A stretch of DNA of 64,000 nt from an uncultured Actinomycetota bacterium (GTDB lineage Bacteria > Actinomycetota > Acidimicrobiia > Acidimicrobiales > RAAP-2), in NCBI GenBank assembly GCA_963830195.1, contig CAWHLQ010000020.1:782-64781 (forward strand), in the 5' to 3' direction. Of this stretch, positions 1-9,542 are shown piece by piece (position 1 is the stretch's first letter; each line of letters begins with the position of its first letter). Below the pieces are notes generated by a model. The model did not search any database and was not told the DNA's origin. It saw only the letters and a list, made by a program, of their open reading frames with translations. A program made the position numbers and the translations under genes.

Positions 1-1282
1 GCGGAACCAGGCCCATCTTGACGGCGAAGCCGACGAACAGGCAGGCGACGATGGCGGCGCCGGCGAGCGGCGGAATGACCGTAGCTTTGTCGGCGATCGC
101 GGCGAATTCAAACGAGCCGATCTGGGCGTGGGTCAGCAGGATGCCGAAGTTCATCAGATAGGCGCCGGCGGCGCACATCAGGAAGTAGACCAGGCCGGCG
201 CGCAGCGCCTTGGGAGTCTGTTCGTGGATGACCAGGAAGTAGGAGGTCCAGGTCATCAGCTCCCAGAAGACGTAGAAGTTGCCGAGCTCGTGCGCCGTCG
301 CCACGCCGATCAGCGAGCCGGTCATCAGGAAGGCGAAGAAATAGTAGCGATTGGCGGTTGCGGCGCGACCGATGTAGCCGATCGAATAGACGATCATCAG
401 GCAGCAGACGCCAGCGAACAGCAGCGCGAACAGTCGCGAGGCCGGATCGAGCCCGCCCTCCAGCGCGACGACGGCGACAGTGGCGATCGCCAGCAGGACG
501 GCGGCGACATCGCGCCCCTGCGCCGAGGCACGGCCAATGAGATAGACGGCGAAACCGCCGATGTAGGGGACGAGGACTGGCGTCGCCCACGGCGTCTCGA
601 ATTGCGGCACGCCTTCGGCGCCGGCGAAGCCGGCCAGGCGAGCGGCGAACTGCAGGAACGGCGCCGGCCACAGGCTGATGAGAACCGTCAGCGCCGTCAG
701 CGGCCAGGCGATGGCCAGCGGCGCGCGCGGCGCCGGCGCGAGTTCGACCGGCGAAGCGGCCGGCTCGAGGCAGATCTTCTGGACGACCAGGATGTAATAG
801 ACCGCAGCGACGATGGTCGCCAGCGTACCGGCGAACGCGACCAGCCATTGGCCCTGCTCGATCGCCGCGTAGAGGATAATGAATTTCGAGAACGAGCCCT
901 TGAACGGCGACAACCCCATCACCGAGAACACGCCGAAGCCGAACAACGTCGTGGCGACCGGCATGCGCGGACCGCTGCCGGCAAGGGCATTCAGATTGGC
1001 CGAACCGGTGCGGCGGACCAGATGCCAACCGGCGGCGAGCACAAGGCCGCGCATCGCCGCCTGGTAGCCGAGGTGCATCAGCGCCCCGGTGTCGCCCGCC
1101 GGCCCGCCGACGCCCAGGCCGATCAGCACGTAGCCGAGCTCCGCGACGGTCGAAATCGCGAACGTCCAGGCGAGGTTAGGCAGGCTGAGGAGGGCCGCGA
1201 TCTCGCCGAGCAGCAGAACGACCGCCCCTATTGCAGCCAGCGTCGTCGGCGACGCCATGGCGATCGGCAGGTGGTCCAACAT
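1..1282 (-). CDS. cooM: Proton-conducting membrane subunit of a group 4 (energy-converting) hydrogenase, CooM-like; 3' end lies outside the window
   Basis: Read manually (absent from the ORF track because it runs off the edge). GGAGGA RBS, then ATG at 1282: MLDHLPIAMASPTTLAAIGAVVLLLGE...STVAELGYVL...GLSPFKGSFSKF...FYVFWELMTWTSYFL...GFAVKMGLVP. These are antiporter-like (NuoL/M/N, MrpD) motifs. hypA and a CooA-type box are adjacent. Confidence 0.75.
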   Translation of the reverse strand, partial: MLDHLPIAMASPTTLAAIGAVVLLLGEIAALLSLPNLAWTFAISTVAELGYVLIGLGVGGPAGDTGALMHLGYQAAMRGLVLAAGWHLVRRTGSANLNALAGSGPRMPVATTLFGFGVFSVMGLSPFKGSFSKFIILYAAIEQGQWLVAFAGTLATIVAAVYYILVVQKICLEPAASPVELAPAPRAPLAIAWPLTALTVLISLWPAPFLQFAARLAGFAGAEGVPQFETPWATPVLVPYIGGFAVYLIGRASAQGRDVAAVLLAIATVAVVALEGGLDPASRLFALLFAGVCCLMIVYSIGYIGRAATANRYYFFAFLMTGSLIGVATAHELGNFYVFWELMTWTSYFLVIHEQTPKALRAGLVYFLMCAAGAYLMNFGILLTHAQIGSFEFAAIADKATVIPPLAGAAIVACLFVGFAVKMGLVP

Positions 1283-1353
1283 GGAGAGAAGCCCTTTCCT
1301 CCGGACGCGTTTCGACCCTCGCCGCCGGAGTACCGCCTCCGCCCGGCCAGCTC

Positions 1354-1369
1354 TGTCGGCTGGCCGACA
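1354..1369. promoter_or_regulatory. CooA-type (CRP/FNR family) operator 1, TGTCGGCTGGCCGACA
   Basis: 16-bp palindrome TGTCGGC-N2-GCCGACA between divergent cooM and hypA; matches the CooA consensus TGTC(A/G)-N6-(C/T)GACA. Confidence 0.8.
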
Positions 1370-1461
1370 GTTTTGCGGAAATAGATGCGGCAGGATGGCG
1401 CAGGGTCGATCGGACGGCAGGTCAGCCGAGCGCGACGGCTCGCCGTCGTGGCGAGGGCGTG

Positions 1462-1818
1462 ATGCATGAAATGAGCGTGGCGCACGGGCTGCTGTCGATC
1501 CTGCAGGATCAGGCGAAGACGCACGGGATCAGCCGCATTGCCCGCGTGCGGGTGAAGGTCGGCCGGCTGCGCGGGATCGACGCGCGGCAACTCCGGCTGG
1601 CGTTCGAAGCGCTCGCCGAAGGCGGCCTGGCCGACGGGGCGGCGCTCGACGTCGAGGAGATCGCCGCCAAGGCGTGCTGCCGCGTCTGCGGCGCCGTGTG
1701 GCAAGCGCCGGACTACCGATTCGAATGCCCGGAATGTGCGGCGGCTGACGCTGAAATCCTGGAAGGTCGAGAGCTCTTTATCGAGTCCTTCGACGGCGGC
1801 CGGCCCGAGCCGGGTTAG
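1462..1818 (+). CDS. hypA: Hydrogenase maturation nickel metallochaperone
   Basis: N-terminal MHEMSV, two CxxC motifs (CRVC, CPEC) and C-terminal GRELFIESF. Confidence 0.95.
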   Translation: MHEMSVAHGLLSILQDQAKTHGISRIARVRVKVGRLRGIDARQLRLAFEALAEGGLADGAALDVEEIAAKACCRVCGAVWQAPDYRFECPECAAADAEILEGRELFIESFDGGRPEPG

Positions 1819-1841
1819 CGCCGGCGCCTACAGCGGACTCC

Positions 1842-1857
1842 TGTCGGCCAGCCGACA
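1842..1857. promoter_or_regulatory. CooA-type operator 2, TGTCGGCCAGCCGACA
   Basis: Exact reverse complement of operator 1; lies upstream of the 2045-3301 gene pair. Confidence 0.75.
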
Positions 1858-2044
1858 GTGCGGCGTCGCGGAATCTCTACCGAGATTCGCGCGAATCCTC
1901 GTCTTCAGCGGGAGGGGTCGGGATCGCCATTCGTCGCACGCAGCGAAGAGCACGTGAGACTGATGCAGCGCGAGCGTGATCCGCTCGCCTCTGCACGGCG
2001 CGCCGTTCGCCCTGATTATCAGCCGTAAGACTGGGGAAACGACC

Positions 2045-2275
2045 ATGAGCGTCTTACCATCGAGACTCGATCCGCGTTGGCGCGAAATCGCCTTGGGCAA
2101 GCTTGGCGGCAATTGGCACATGCTGGCGGTGAAGCTGATGATGCAGCGCATCCGCACGGACGTGCAGGCCGATCCGTCGATCGCGAACGTCATGAAATGC
2201 GCTGGCGAGATCTACGCCTTCTTCGAAAAGAACCAGAAGATCGCCGGGGCCGACCTCGACGCGATCTTTCATTGA
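2045..2275 (+). CDS. Small conserved hypothetical protein (76 aa), likely partner of DUF6976
   Basis: GGGGA RBS, GC-rich third codon positions, 27 bp upstream of the next gene. Confidence 0.7.
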   Translation: MSVLPSRLDPRWREIALGKLGGNWHMLAVKLMMQRIRTDVQADPSIANVMKCAGEIYAFFEKNQKIAGADLDAIFH

Positions 2276-2302
2276 CCGAAGCATCGGACACGGAGCGCGA
2301 AA

Positions 2303-3301
2303 ATGTCTAAGCAAGGGCTCTTCAGCGTCGCAGACGCTTCGGAACTCATTGGCAGGGGCCGCATCCTTCTCGTCGCCGGCGACGAGGATTTATTGCGGCA
2401 GTTGCCCAAAGGAACCTGGATCGGCGGCACGTCGACCAACTTCATGGCGCCAGGCGGCGGCCTGAACGCCCGCGACAAGGTGTTCGTGACCGACATCACC
2501 GATCAGGTCGATCGGGCGGAAGTTCGTTCCTACTCGGTCGATGAGCTTCGCCGCATCGCGACCGACTATCCCGAGAACGGCTTCACCGTGCTGAACGTTC
2601 CGGCGTTCAGCGCCTTGCATGCCGACTTTCGCAGAAGAGGTCCAGACTTACGCCGGCGTCTTTGATTCGCCGCTTATATGGCTGGATCTCCGGCGTCGAC
2701 GTCACCGAGATCGGCAAGCGCTCGCCGAAGACGTTTGCCGGCGAGGGTACGCCTCGCGACGACCGCGCCTCGGCCCTGCATGTCACGCTGCCGCCTGGCA
2801 AGGCGGCCAAGATCGATATCATCAACCTGTTCTTTCAAGGCCAAGGCGCCGAGATCGAGTTCGCGACCGGCGGTTTCGAGATCGACCGGCGACTGCCTGA
2901 TCGACGGCAAGTCAGGGAACCTCGCGTCCTTCGTCGCCAAGAACAAGATCGACGTCAAGTTGCCGCTGGTCGCGAACTATCAAGGCGCGATGGTGAACGT
3001 GTCGTTGCGCGAGGTCGACGCCGCGGCGGGTAAGACAACGTTCTACGCGCCGGTGTTCAAGGGCGTGAAGTATAAATTCGCCGCGCCGGTGGAGGACTAC
3101 ATCGCGGAGTTCACGCTCCGCCTGGCGACGGTCAAGACCAACTCGATCGCGCTGTCGTGCAATTGCGTGTTGAACTATCTCTACGCGGAGCTTGAAGGGA
3201 AGCAGACGGGATCGATTATCGGCCCGATCACGTTCGGCGAGATCGCCTATATCCTGTTGAACCAGACGCTTGTCTATCTGACGATCGAGACGGTCGGCTG
3301 A
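2303..3301 (+). CDS. DUF6976 family (FIST-like) protein with three +1 indels, probably sequencing errors
   Basis: AGDE..L..LPKG.WIGGT at the N-terminus; SCNCVLNYLYAELEG and GPITFGEIAYILLNQT at the C-terminus. Extra bases near 2628, 2676 and 2881 together restore the starting frame. Confidence 0.75.
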
Positions 3302-3411
3302 CGACTGCTGGCGAATTGGCGCCGCGCCGGCCCGGCGATGTCGGCTGGCGCGGCAATACTTGCTTTCCCAAGTCGCCCGTCCGATTAGCGACTCTCGACA
3401 GACTCACACAA

Positions 3412-3449
3412 CCGCCGACCCCAACGCCTCGATGCGTTGGGATCGGCGG
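3412..3449. terminator. GC-rich hairpin between convergent genes
   Basis: CCGCCGA-CCCCAACGC pairs with GCGTTGGG-ATCGGCGG; no clear U tract. Confidence 0.45.
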
Positions 3450-3672
3450 CGCTGTCGCGGCGAGAAGGCGCGAGTCATTCCTTGGCGCTGCAATCGCTTG
3501 CAGGCGATCAGAGTGGGCGCGTCGCCGCGGACCCGATTCATTTTGATGGAGAGACGGATGACGAGTCGCGAGGAAAACCGCGCGGCGCCACTCCGAAATG
3601 CCAGGGCCTGAGAATGCTCAGCCCTGTCGCGCGAGGCTCACGAGCCCCGCCGAACTCACACGCGATTCGGTT

Positions 3673-4182
3673 TCACTTCTTCGCCAGCGCCAGCGCCATC
3701 TTCTGCGACACATAGCCAAGCGCCGCGCCGACGACCAGCGAGATCACGATATTGATGAACGGGTTGTCGAGCGAAACCGTGGTCACGGCCAGCTTGCCGC
3801 CGACAAGCGCCAACGCCACGACCGAGGCAAATCCGTAGAAGCTTGCCGGGATGTCGCTGAGCATCGGCCATTTGGCGGCGATAACGACGATGAAGACGGT
3901 GATGACCACGCCGATGCCGGCCCAGAGCGGCAGGCCAAGGGTCGCGCCAAGCGGGATCTGAGTGACCAGCAGCAACAGAACCAACGCCATCACCGCGCCA
4001 AAGATGTTGTGCGTGATGGCCTTGCCGAGCCCGGCTTCCTTGCCGCCGCAATGGTAAAAGGTCGCCCAGCCGACAAACGCGGCCCAAATCTGCAGACCCA
4101 TGCCGAACGGCGACAAGAACGCGAATGCGGCTATGCCGCCCAGAATGCTGATGCTGACTGCGAGCGCGGTTATGATGTCCAT
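3673..4182 (-). CDS. DUF1097 family membrane protein
   Basis: MDIITALAVSISILGG..., WAAFVGWATFY motif, IPASFYGFAS; about six hydrophobic segments. Confidence 0.8.
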   Translation of the reverse strand: MDIITALAVSISILGGIAAFAFLSPFGMGLQIWAAFVGWATFYHCGGKEAGLGKAITHNIFGAVMALVLLLLVTQIPLGATLGLPLWAGIGVVITVFIVVIAAKWPMLSDIPASFYGFASVVALALVGGKLAVTTVSLDNPFINIVISLVVGAALGYVSQKMALALAKK

Positions 4183-4287
4183 GATAACCCCCCTAATTTG
4201 GGGCCGGCGCGCAAAGGCGCAGACCCTCTCCTGCGCCGGCTCCCGTCGCCGAGCGCACGCAAACTGGCGCCTTCGCGCCGTCAACGC

Positions 4288-4303
4288 TGTCGGCCAGCCG
4301 ACA
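4288..4303. promoter_or_regulatory. CooA-type operator 3, TGTCGGCCAGCCGACA
   Basis: Identical to operator 2; lies between divergent DUF1097 and fprA. Confidence 0.8.
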
Positions 4304-4377
4304 GAAGCGGTCGAAGAAGAGCGCTAGGAAAGCGTTGCGCGCCTCTGCAGGCGCGCGTTCGCTCGGGAGACGACGGC

Positions 4378-5571
4378 ATGATTCCCGTCAAGATCACAGA
4401 CGACGTCACTTCGCTGCGCGCCAACGACTGGGATCGCAAGCTGTTCGACGAACTCGTCCCGTTGCCCGACGGCACCAGCTACAACGCCTATCTGGTCAGG
4501 GGCGGCGACAAGACCGCGCTGATCGACACCGTCTACCCCGCCAAGAGCGCGGAGTTTGTCGCCGCGCTGAGGGCGATGGGCCTCGCGAAGATCGACTACG
4601 TCATCGCCAACCACGCCGAACTCGACCACGCCGGATCGATACCGGCCGTGCTTGAACTTTTCCCCGAGGCCAAGGTCGTCGCCAACGCGCGGTGTTGGCG
4701 CATGATGTGCGACCAGATGCCGCTCGACCGCCGCTCATTTCTCGAAGCGAAGGACGGGGGCGAGCTTTCGCTCGGCGGCAAGACGCTGAAATTCGTCTTC
4801 ATGCCCTGGGTGCACTGGCCGGAGACGATGGGCGTCTTCCTCAAGGAAGATCGCATCTTCTTCCCTTGCGACTTCCTCGGCGCGCATCTCGCGGCGTCCG
4901 AACTCGCCGTCACCGACGCAGCGCAGTTCGAAGTCGCAGCCAAGCGCTACTACGCCGAGATCATGGCGCCCTATCGCGTCCAGTGCCGCAGCGCACTGGC
5001 GCGGGTGGAAGCGCTCAAGCCGGCAATCGTCGCGCCGAGCCATGGGCCGGTCCACATCAAGCCCGAGACCATCATCGAACTTTATCGCGATTGGACGTCG
5101 GACGAGGTCAAGCCGGAAGTCGTGATCGTCTACGCGTCGATGTACCACAGCACCGGCAAGATGGCGGAGCGCCTGATCGACCGACTGATGGAAAAGGGTC
5201 TGACGGTGCGGTTGTTCAACGCTATCGATCTCGACTCGGGCGCGCTATCGATGGCGTTGGTTGACGCCTCGACGGTCGTTTTCGCCAGCCCGACCGTCCT
5301 GACCGGGCCGCACCCAAGTGTCGCCTACGCCGCGATCCTTGCCAACGCCCTGGCGCCCAAGGCGCGTTTCGTCGCCATGATCGGGTCCTACGGTTGGGGG
5401 ACGACGATGCCCGATGCGCTCAAGGAGATGCTGCGCGAATTCAAGGCCACGTTCTTCGAGCCGGTTCTGGCGAGGGGCGCTCCACGAGCCGACACGTTCG
5501 CCGACCTGGATCGACTGGCCGATGCAATTGCCGCGGCCAATTTCCCGACCGCCGAAACCCGAACGGCGTAG
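4378..5571 (+). CDS. fprA: Flavodiiron protein (A-type flavoprotein, O2/NO reductase)
   Basis: GTSYNAYL, HAELDH metallo-beta-lactamase diiron motif, HWPE, PSHG and a flavodoxin domain (YASMYHST, GSYGW). Confidence 0.93.
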   Translation: MIPVKITDDVTSLRANDWDRKLFDELVPLPDGTSYNAYLVRGGDKTALIDTVYPAKSAEFVAALRAMGLAKIDYVIANHAELDHAGSIPAVLELFPEAKVVANARCWRMMCDQMPLDRRSFLEAKDGGELSLGGKTLKFVFMPWVHWPETMGVFLKEDRIFFPCDFLGAHLAASELAVTDAAQFEVAAKRYYAEIMAPYRVQCRSALARVEALKPAIVAPSHGPVHIKPETIIELYRDWTSDEVKPEVVIVYASMYHSTGKMAERLIDRLMEKGLTVRLFNAIDLDSGALSMALVDASTVVFASPTVLTGPHPSVAYAAILANALAPKARFVAMIGSYGWGTTMPDALKEMLREFKATFFEPVLARGAPRADTFADLDRLADAIAAANFPTAETRTA

Positions 5572-5920
5572 GCCTTCGCTACCGCCGACGGCGACATCGC
5601 AAAATTCCAACTGCAGCACGACCGCTCGCCGCGCGGCGTCGGCATTCTGGCGACCGCCGTCGTCAAAGACATCGAGCGTCGCGCCAAGACGGCGCGGCGC
5701 TCCGAGGAAATCGCCCAGAACGGAACCGTCGTCTCGAACGGCGAGAAGCGATCGGCGACACGATCGCCTAATCGTCTCCGAAGCCTTGTCGCCGCCGTCG
5801 CCCTGTCGCGGGTGGCAGCGGCGCCCAATCCAGGCGCAGACCCGCGACGCCCTCGCTAACTCACGGAATTATTGCAGTTTTCGAAAATCCTGGAAACCAC
5901 CGCCGCAGGCGCCGGCTTCC

Positions 5921-5946
5921 TGGTGGAGCTGAGGGGATTCGAACCC
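5921..5946 (-). mobile_element. att site: duplicated 3' end of tRNA-Ala (GGGTTCGAATCCCCTCAGCTCCACCA)
   Basis: T-arm, acceptor 3' strand with U70 and A73, then CCA; no matching 5' half upstream; adjacent to an integrase. Confidence 0.8.
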
Positions 5947-6002
5947 TTCTTTGCGTTAAGGTCTTGAAACTTCGCAGAGGGCTTGCGCTGTTGAGCCATT
6001 GA

Positions 6003-6037
6003 GGGTATGCACTCTGGGTACGCAGTTGGGTACGCAG
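6003..6037 (+). repeat. Direct repeats GGGTA(T/C)GCA(C/G) x3, probable integrase arm-type sites
   Basis: GGGTATGCAC at 6003; TGGGTACGCAG at 6015 and 6027; all between att and the integrase start. Confidence 0.55.
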
Positions 6038-6049
6038 AGGGCGTTTTTC

Positions 6050-7546
6050 GTGGCCACCCGGACCCGGGATCGTCAGTGGCTCGAAATGCACGGCGGCAAG
6101 TGGCGTGTCACAATCGCCGTGCCCAGAAGCCTCCATTCGCGTCTGCGAACGCGGCTCAAGCGATCGCTGAACACCGATAGCCTGGCCGTTGCCAATCGAC
6201 TCAAGCTGCCGGTCGTCGCCGAGCTCCGCGAGGAAATCAATCGCGAGCTTGAACTCGCGGGTCTCTCCCCCATCGCAAACACTGACTTGGCGCTGTTTTG
6301 GCGTGAGCAGCGCCGCCAGGCGCAGGGCAACCCGTACGCCGAGGACGATGTCGCGAGAGAGGTTGCGCGCGCCGCAACTGACATCCTGGGACCTGCGGTC
6401 GCACTGGAACGCCAGGTCGTGCAAGGATCGATCGACGACCCGCTGGACGCGGCGGAAGACGAAGTTGACTTCCCCGTTTACGACCACCGACGCAAGGCGC
6501 TTGCCGACGAATTCATCAAAATCCAAGCGGGGGCGCTCACGCCGTTCGGCGCCTACCACGAAAAGTATCTAGCCAATAGTCACGTAAAGGCGCGAACAAA
6601 GGGTGACGACAAGAGGGCGATCAAATTTCTCGATGCCTGGTGCGACAAGAACAATGTTCCCAGAGGGCTCGAGTCGATAACCAAAAAAATTGCTGTCCGC
6701 TTCGCGGACGATTTTGCTGAGCTGAGCGGCAATCTCGACCCGGCGACTCAGAACAAGTACCTCAATAGGCTGTCTCGGTTTTGGCAGTACCTCCTCAAAC
6801 GTGAAGTCGTCGACTCCAACGTATGGGACCGGCTCCGTGTTGAAACAAAACCGAAGAAATACAACGAACAGGAACGCGCGTTCACGGACGCGGAAGTGAT
6901 CGCCTTGTTGAATGGGCACGCGCCGCAGAAGCTGCTCGATCTGATGATGTTCGGCGCTCTTACAGGCGCGCGTCTCGACGCGATTGTCGACCTGAAGGTC
7001 AAGGACACGAAGGACGGGGCATTCACCTTCAAACCGCAAAAGCGTGAACCCTCAGCCCGCGATATTCCAATCCATCGTGACCTTGGCGATATCGTCGCGC
7101 GGCGAACCGCGGGAAAGGCCCCGAACGACGATCTCTTTCCCGATTGGCCAGCGCCGAAGAAACAGGGCTCGACTCGTGAGCGATCATTCAAAGCAAGCAA
7201 CGAGTTCACGACCTATCGCCGCAAGTGCGGAGTGGAGGATCGGGTTGAGGGACATCGACGTTCCTTGGTCAACTTCCATAGCTTCCGCCGCTGGTTCATC
7301 ACCAAGGCCGAACGCGCTGGTTTCAGCGGCGACCTCATCGCGGCCATCGTTGGCCACAAACGAACCGGCATGACGCTCGGCCGCTACTCGGAAGGACCCG
7401 AGATGAAAACTGCCCGGCGGTGCGTCAACGCCGTGCGCCTGCCGGCCAAAGATGGCAAGCGGGTCGCAGAGGACCGCGCGCTGACGCCAAGGCGTCGCGT
7501 GAATTTCGAGAGTTTCCGCCTTCACAAGGCCGTTCACGCTCGCTAA
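6050..7546 (+). CDS. Tyrosine recombinase/integrase with N-terminal DUF6538-like arm-binding domain
   Basis: TGARLDAI, FHSFRR, IVGH and GRY catalytic motifs; N-terminal VP..L......KRSL.T. Start codon uncertain (GTG at 6050). Confidence 0.9.
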   Translation: MATRTRDRQWLEMHGGKWRVTIAVPRSLHSRLRTRLKRSLNTDSLAVANRLKLPVVAELREEINRELELAGLSPIANTDLALFWREQRRQAQGNPYAEDDVAREVARAATDILGPAVALERQVVQGSIDDPLDAAEDEVDFPVYDHRRKALADEFIKIQAGALTPFGAYHEKYLANSHVKARTKGDDKRAIKFLDAWCDKNNVPRGLESITKKIAVRFADDFAELSGNLDPATQNKYLNRLSRFWQYLLKREVVDSNVWDRLRVETKPKKYNEQERAFTDAEVIALLNGHAPQKLLDLMMFGALTGARLDAIVDLKVKDTKDGAFTFKPQKREPSARDIPIHRDLGDIVARRTAGKAPNDDLFPDWPAPKKQGSTRERSFKASNEFTTYRRKCGVEDRVEGHRRSLVNFHSFRRWFITKAERAGFSGDLIAAIVGHKRTGMTLGRYSEGPEMKTARRCVNAVRLPAKDGKRVAEDRALTPRRRVNFESFRLHKAVHAR

Positions 7547-7993
7547 GCGCGATTTCGACTCGATAGCAGGGCGCCGGACGACAATCGCTCAACCAATTCC
7601 GACCAGCCGCCCCGCTTGCCGACGACATCGGCGACGTCGTGGGTCGCATTGGCGAGTTCATCCGCGGCGAAGCGCAGCAACGAGGCTACGCCGGCCGCCG
7701 TAAAGGCGACGAGCGCCAGACAACTTCCTGCGCCGTGCCGGTGCGCGCGCTGTCGGTCAAAGAGGCCAGTTATGCCCGCGTCGGGCGCGCGGTTGCGTCC
7801 GCAGAGCACACTCTCGCCGCGATAGTGGAAGGCTGCGGTCATGCCGGCGTCGGGAAATGGACGTCGTTCGCCGCAAAATATTCGACCAGCATGAAGCGGG
7901 CGAGGAACGGCTGAAGCTGGGCCGACGGCCGTCGGTCGACCACGCGCGGCGGGAGGTCTTCGGTGGGCGCGGAGGGCATCGTATGTCCCTTGC

Positions 7994-8449
7994 GTGAGCG
8001 CTCGCGAAGCGGCACAGGTCCATGCTGAAAGCGTGGCGACGCGACCAGATGACTTTGATCCGCAGGTGCTGGCGCGCATTCGAAGAGGCCAGAAGGTCGC
8101 CGAACCGCAATATCTACTGTCCCTTCCCCGTCGCGATCCCCTAATTGACGCAATGGATCAGCGGCTGAGGAATTGGGATTGTCGCATCCTTCCGACGACG
8201 CCTAGGACGGCCCCGCTGATGTCGGAGGTGGCGGACCAGCAGGCCTTCCGCACTATGAACGCACTGATGCTTCGCAATCCGAGCTTCGCTAACTTCTTTG
8301 ATCTTTGCGCGATATCGATCTCGATGCCTATCGAGCCGATGCCCGTGGGCGTCATGCCCGTCGGCCGCCATGGGACGGATCAGACCTTGTTTTCGATTTC
8401 TCGCACCGTTGAGACGAATTTGTGGGAGGGTGTTCGAACCAGCCCATAA
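7994..8449 (+). pseudogene. Amidase C-terminal fragment
   Basis: LPTTP..AP, LRNPSFANFFDLCAISI and PVG.M.VGRHGTD; N-terminal signature region missing. Confidence 0.7.
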
Positions 8450-8517
8450 GCCGCCTGCCAGCATACAGCCAAACCTTCGCATTCGCGTTTGGCCGCTTCG
8501 CGCCCATTGCGGCCTGT
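8416..8517 (+). repeat. Dispersed ~100-bp intergenic repeat, copy 1
   Basis: Aligns by eye with 24235-24335, 27580-27680 and 28593-28691; ends GGCCGCTTCGCGCCCATTGCGGCC. Confidence 0.55.
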
Positions 8518-8671
8518 CCAGGCCAATCAGGCGGCGCTCGAAAGTGGACGCCACGCGGTGTGACGCACTTTCGGCGGCCAATTGTGAAGCGGCTCCGCGG
8601 TCTGTTCCTGTCGCCTCGAATATTCTCAATGCGATACGACGGCGATCAGCGGTTCGGCGCGCGTTCACATC

Positions 8672-9070
8672 TTACAAGCGCATCATCGCCGCTTGTCCGT
8701 TTGTTCCCGGCGCCTTGGAATGGACGGCAGTTCCCCGGACTACGGCGTCGGCCGCGACCGCGCCATGAAACGTCAAGAGGCCAGACAGGCTCGGGTTGCT
8801 GAGGTTGGTCATCTGACAGGTCAGCTCGACGCTGCCGCCATTGATGACTCCGACGGCCGAGTAGCCGCCGTTAGGACCCTTGCAAAGCCCCGCGATCTGC
8901 GAGCCCGTCTGTGTGACGTCGCAAACCTGAGCGAAACTCAGCGCCGTCCTGCCGGACAAGATCAGCCCGCTGAACAGCCACTTGCCCGAATAGTCGCTCG
9001 ACTGCGCCAACGCGCCTTGCGCGGCGCCGGCCGCAAGCGCAATCAACCCCAGAGTTTTCAATAGCCTCAT
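8672..9070 (-). CDS. Secreted hypothetical protein
   Basis: GGGGAGG RBS, signal peptide MRLLKTLGLIALAAGAAQGALA, mature DYSGKW beta-rich domain. Confidence 0.7.
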   Translation of the reverse strand: MRLLKTLGLIALAAGAAQGALAQSSDYSGKWLFSGLILSGRTALSFAQVCDVTQTGSQIAGLCKGPNGGYSAVGVINGGSVELTCQMTNLSNPSLSGLLTFHGAVAADAVVRGTAVHSKAPGTNGQAAMMRL

Positions 9071-9542
9071 GACAGCCGCCTCCCCGTTTCGAGTTGCAAG
9101 CCAAACCCAAGCTGTCTTTGCTGTGCGCTGGGCTCCCTTCCCCCGCATTTATCCGGCCATGACTGGAGTTGAGGGTCGAAATTGGCGCAGGCTCGCCGAC
9201 CGAACCAAGGGGGATTTCACTTACAGCCGATCACGACAGCTCGCCGCGGGTTGCAGATGCGTTTCTGAGGATGTGGAATTCCAATCGCGACCCAGAGTAC
9301 AGCCGGCCGTTCGCCCGCCGTCGTCCTGATGCTGAGCGCGTCGTCGAAGTGACAATACATGAGCAACTCAGCGTGGACGTGACGACCGAACCGCAAATTT
9401 GCGACGCCGGTCAGAGATTCGAGGCGACGACTCAGCTCTCATGACCGTCCGGGCGCCGGCGGCGCCTGCGACGCTTCGTCGCACCTGAACATGCGGCCCG
9501 GCCAGCCTATCTTTCTGCTGGGCACGGGCGACAGGAGCCAAC

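Noticed and set aside
108-1384. Track ORFs 108-1028(-) and 128-1384(+)
   Set aside because: Shadow frames of the real cooM-like gene, which runs off the window edge.
3339-3355. Fourth CooA box (TGTCGGCTGGCGCGGCA)
   Set aside because: The right half-site is broken and it lies between convergent genes.
3598-4377. Long N-terminal extension of fprA
   Set aside because: It is antisense to DUF1097 and spans the operator; the flavodiiron sequence starts at ATG 4378.
5921-5996. Complete tRNA-Ala gene
   Set aside because: Only the T-arm and acceptor 3' strand are present; the 5' acceptor strand, D-arm and anticodon arm cannot be formed.
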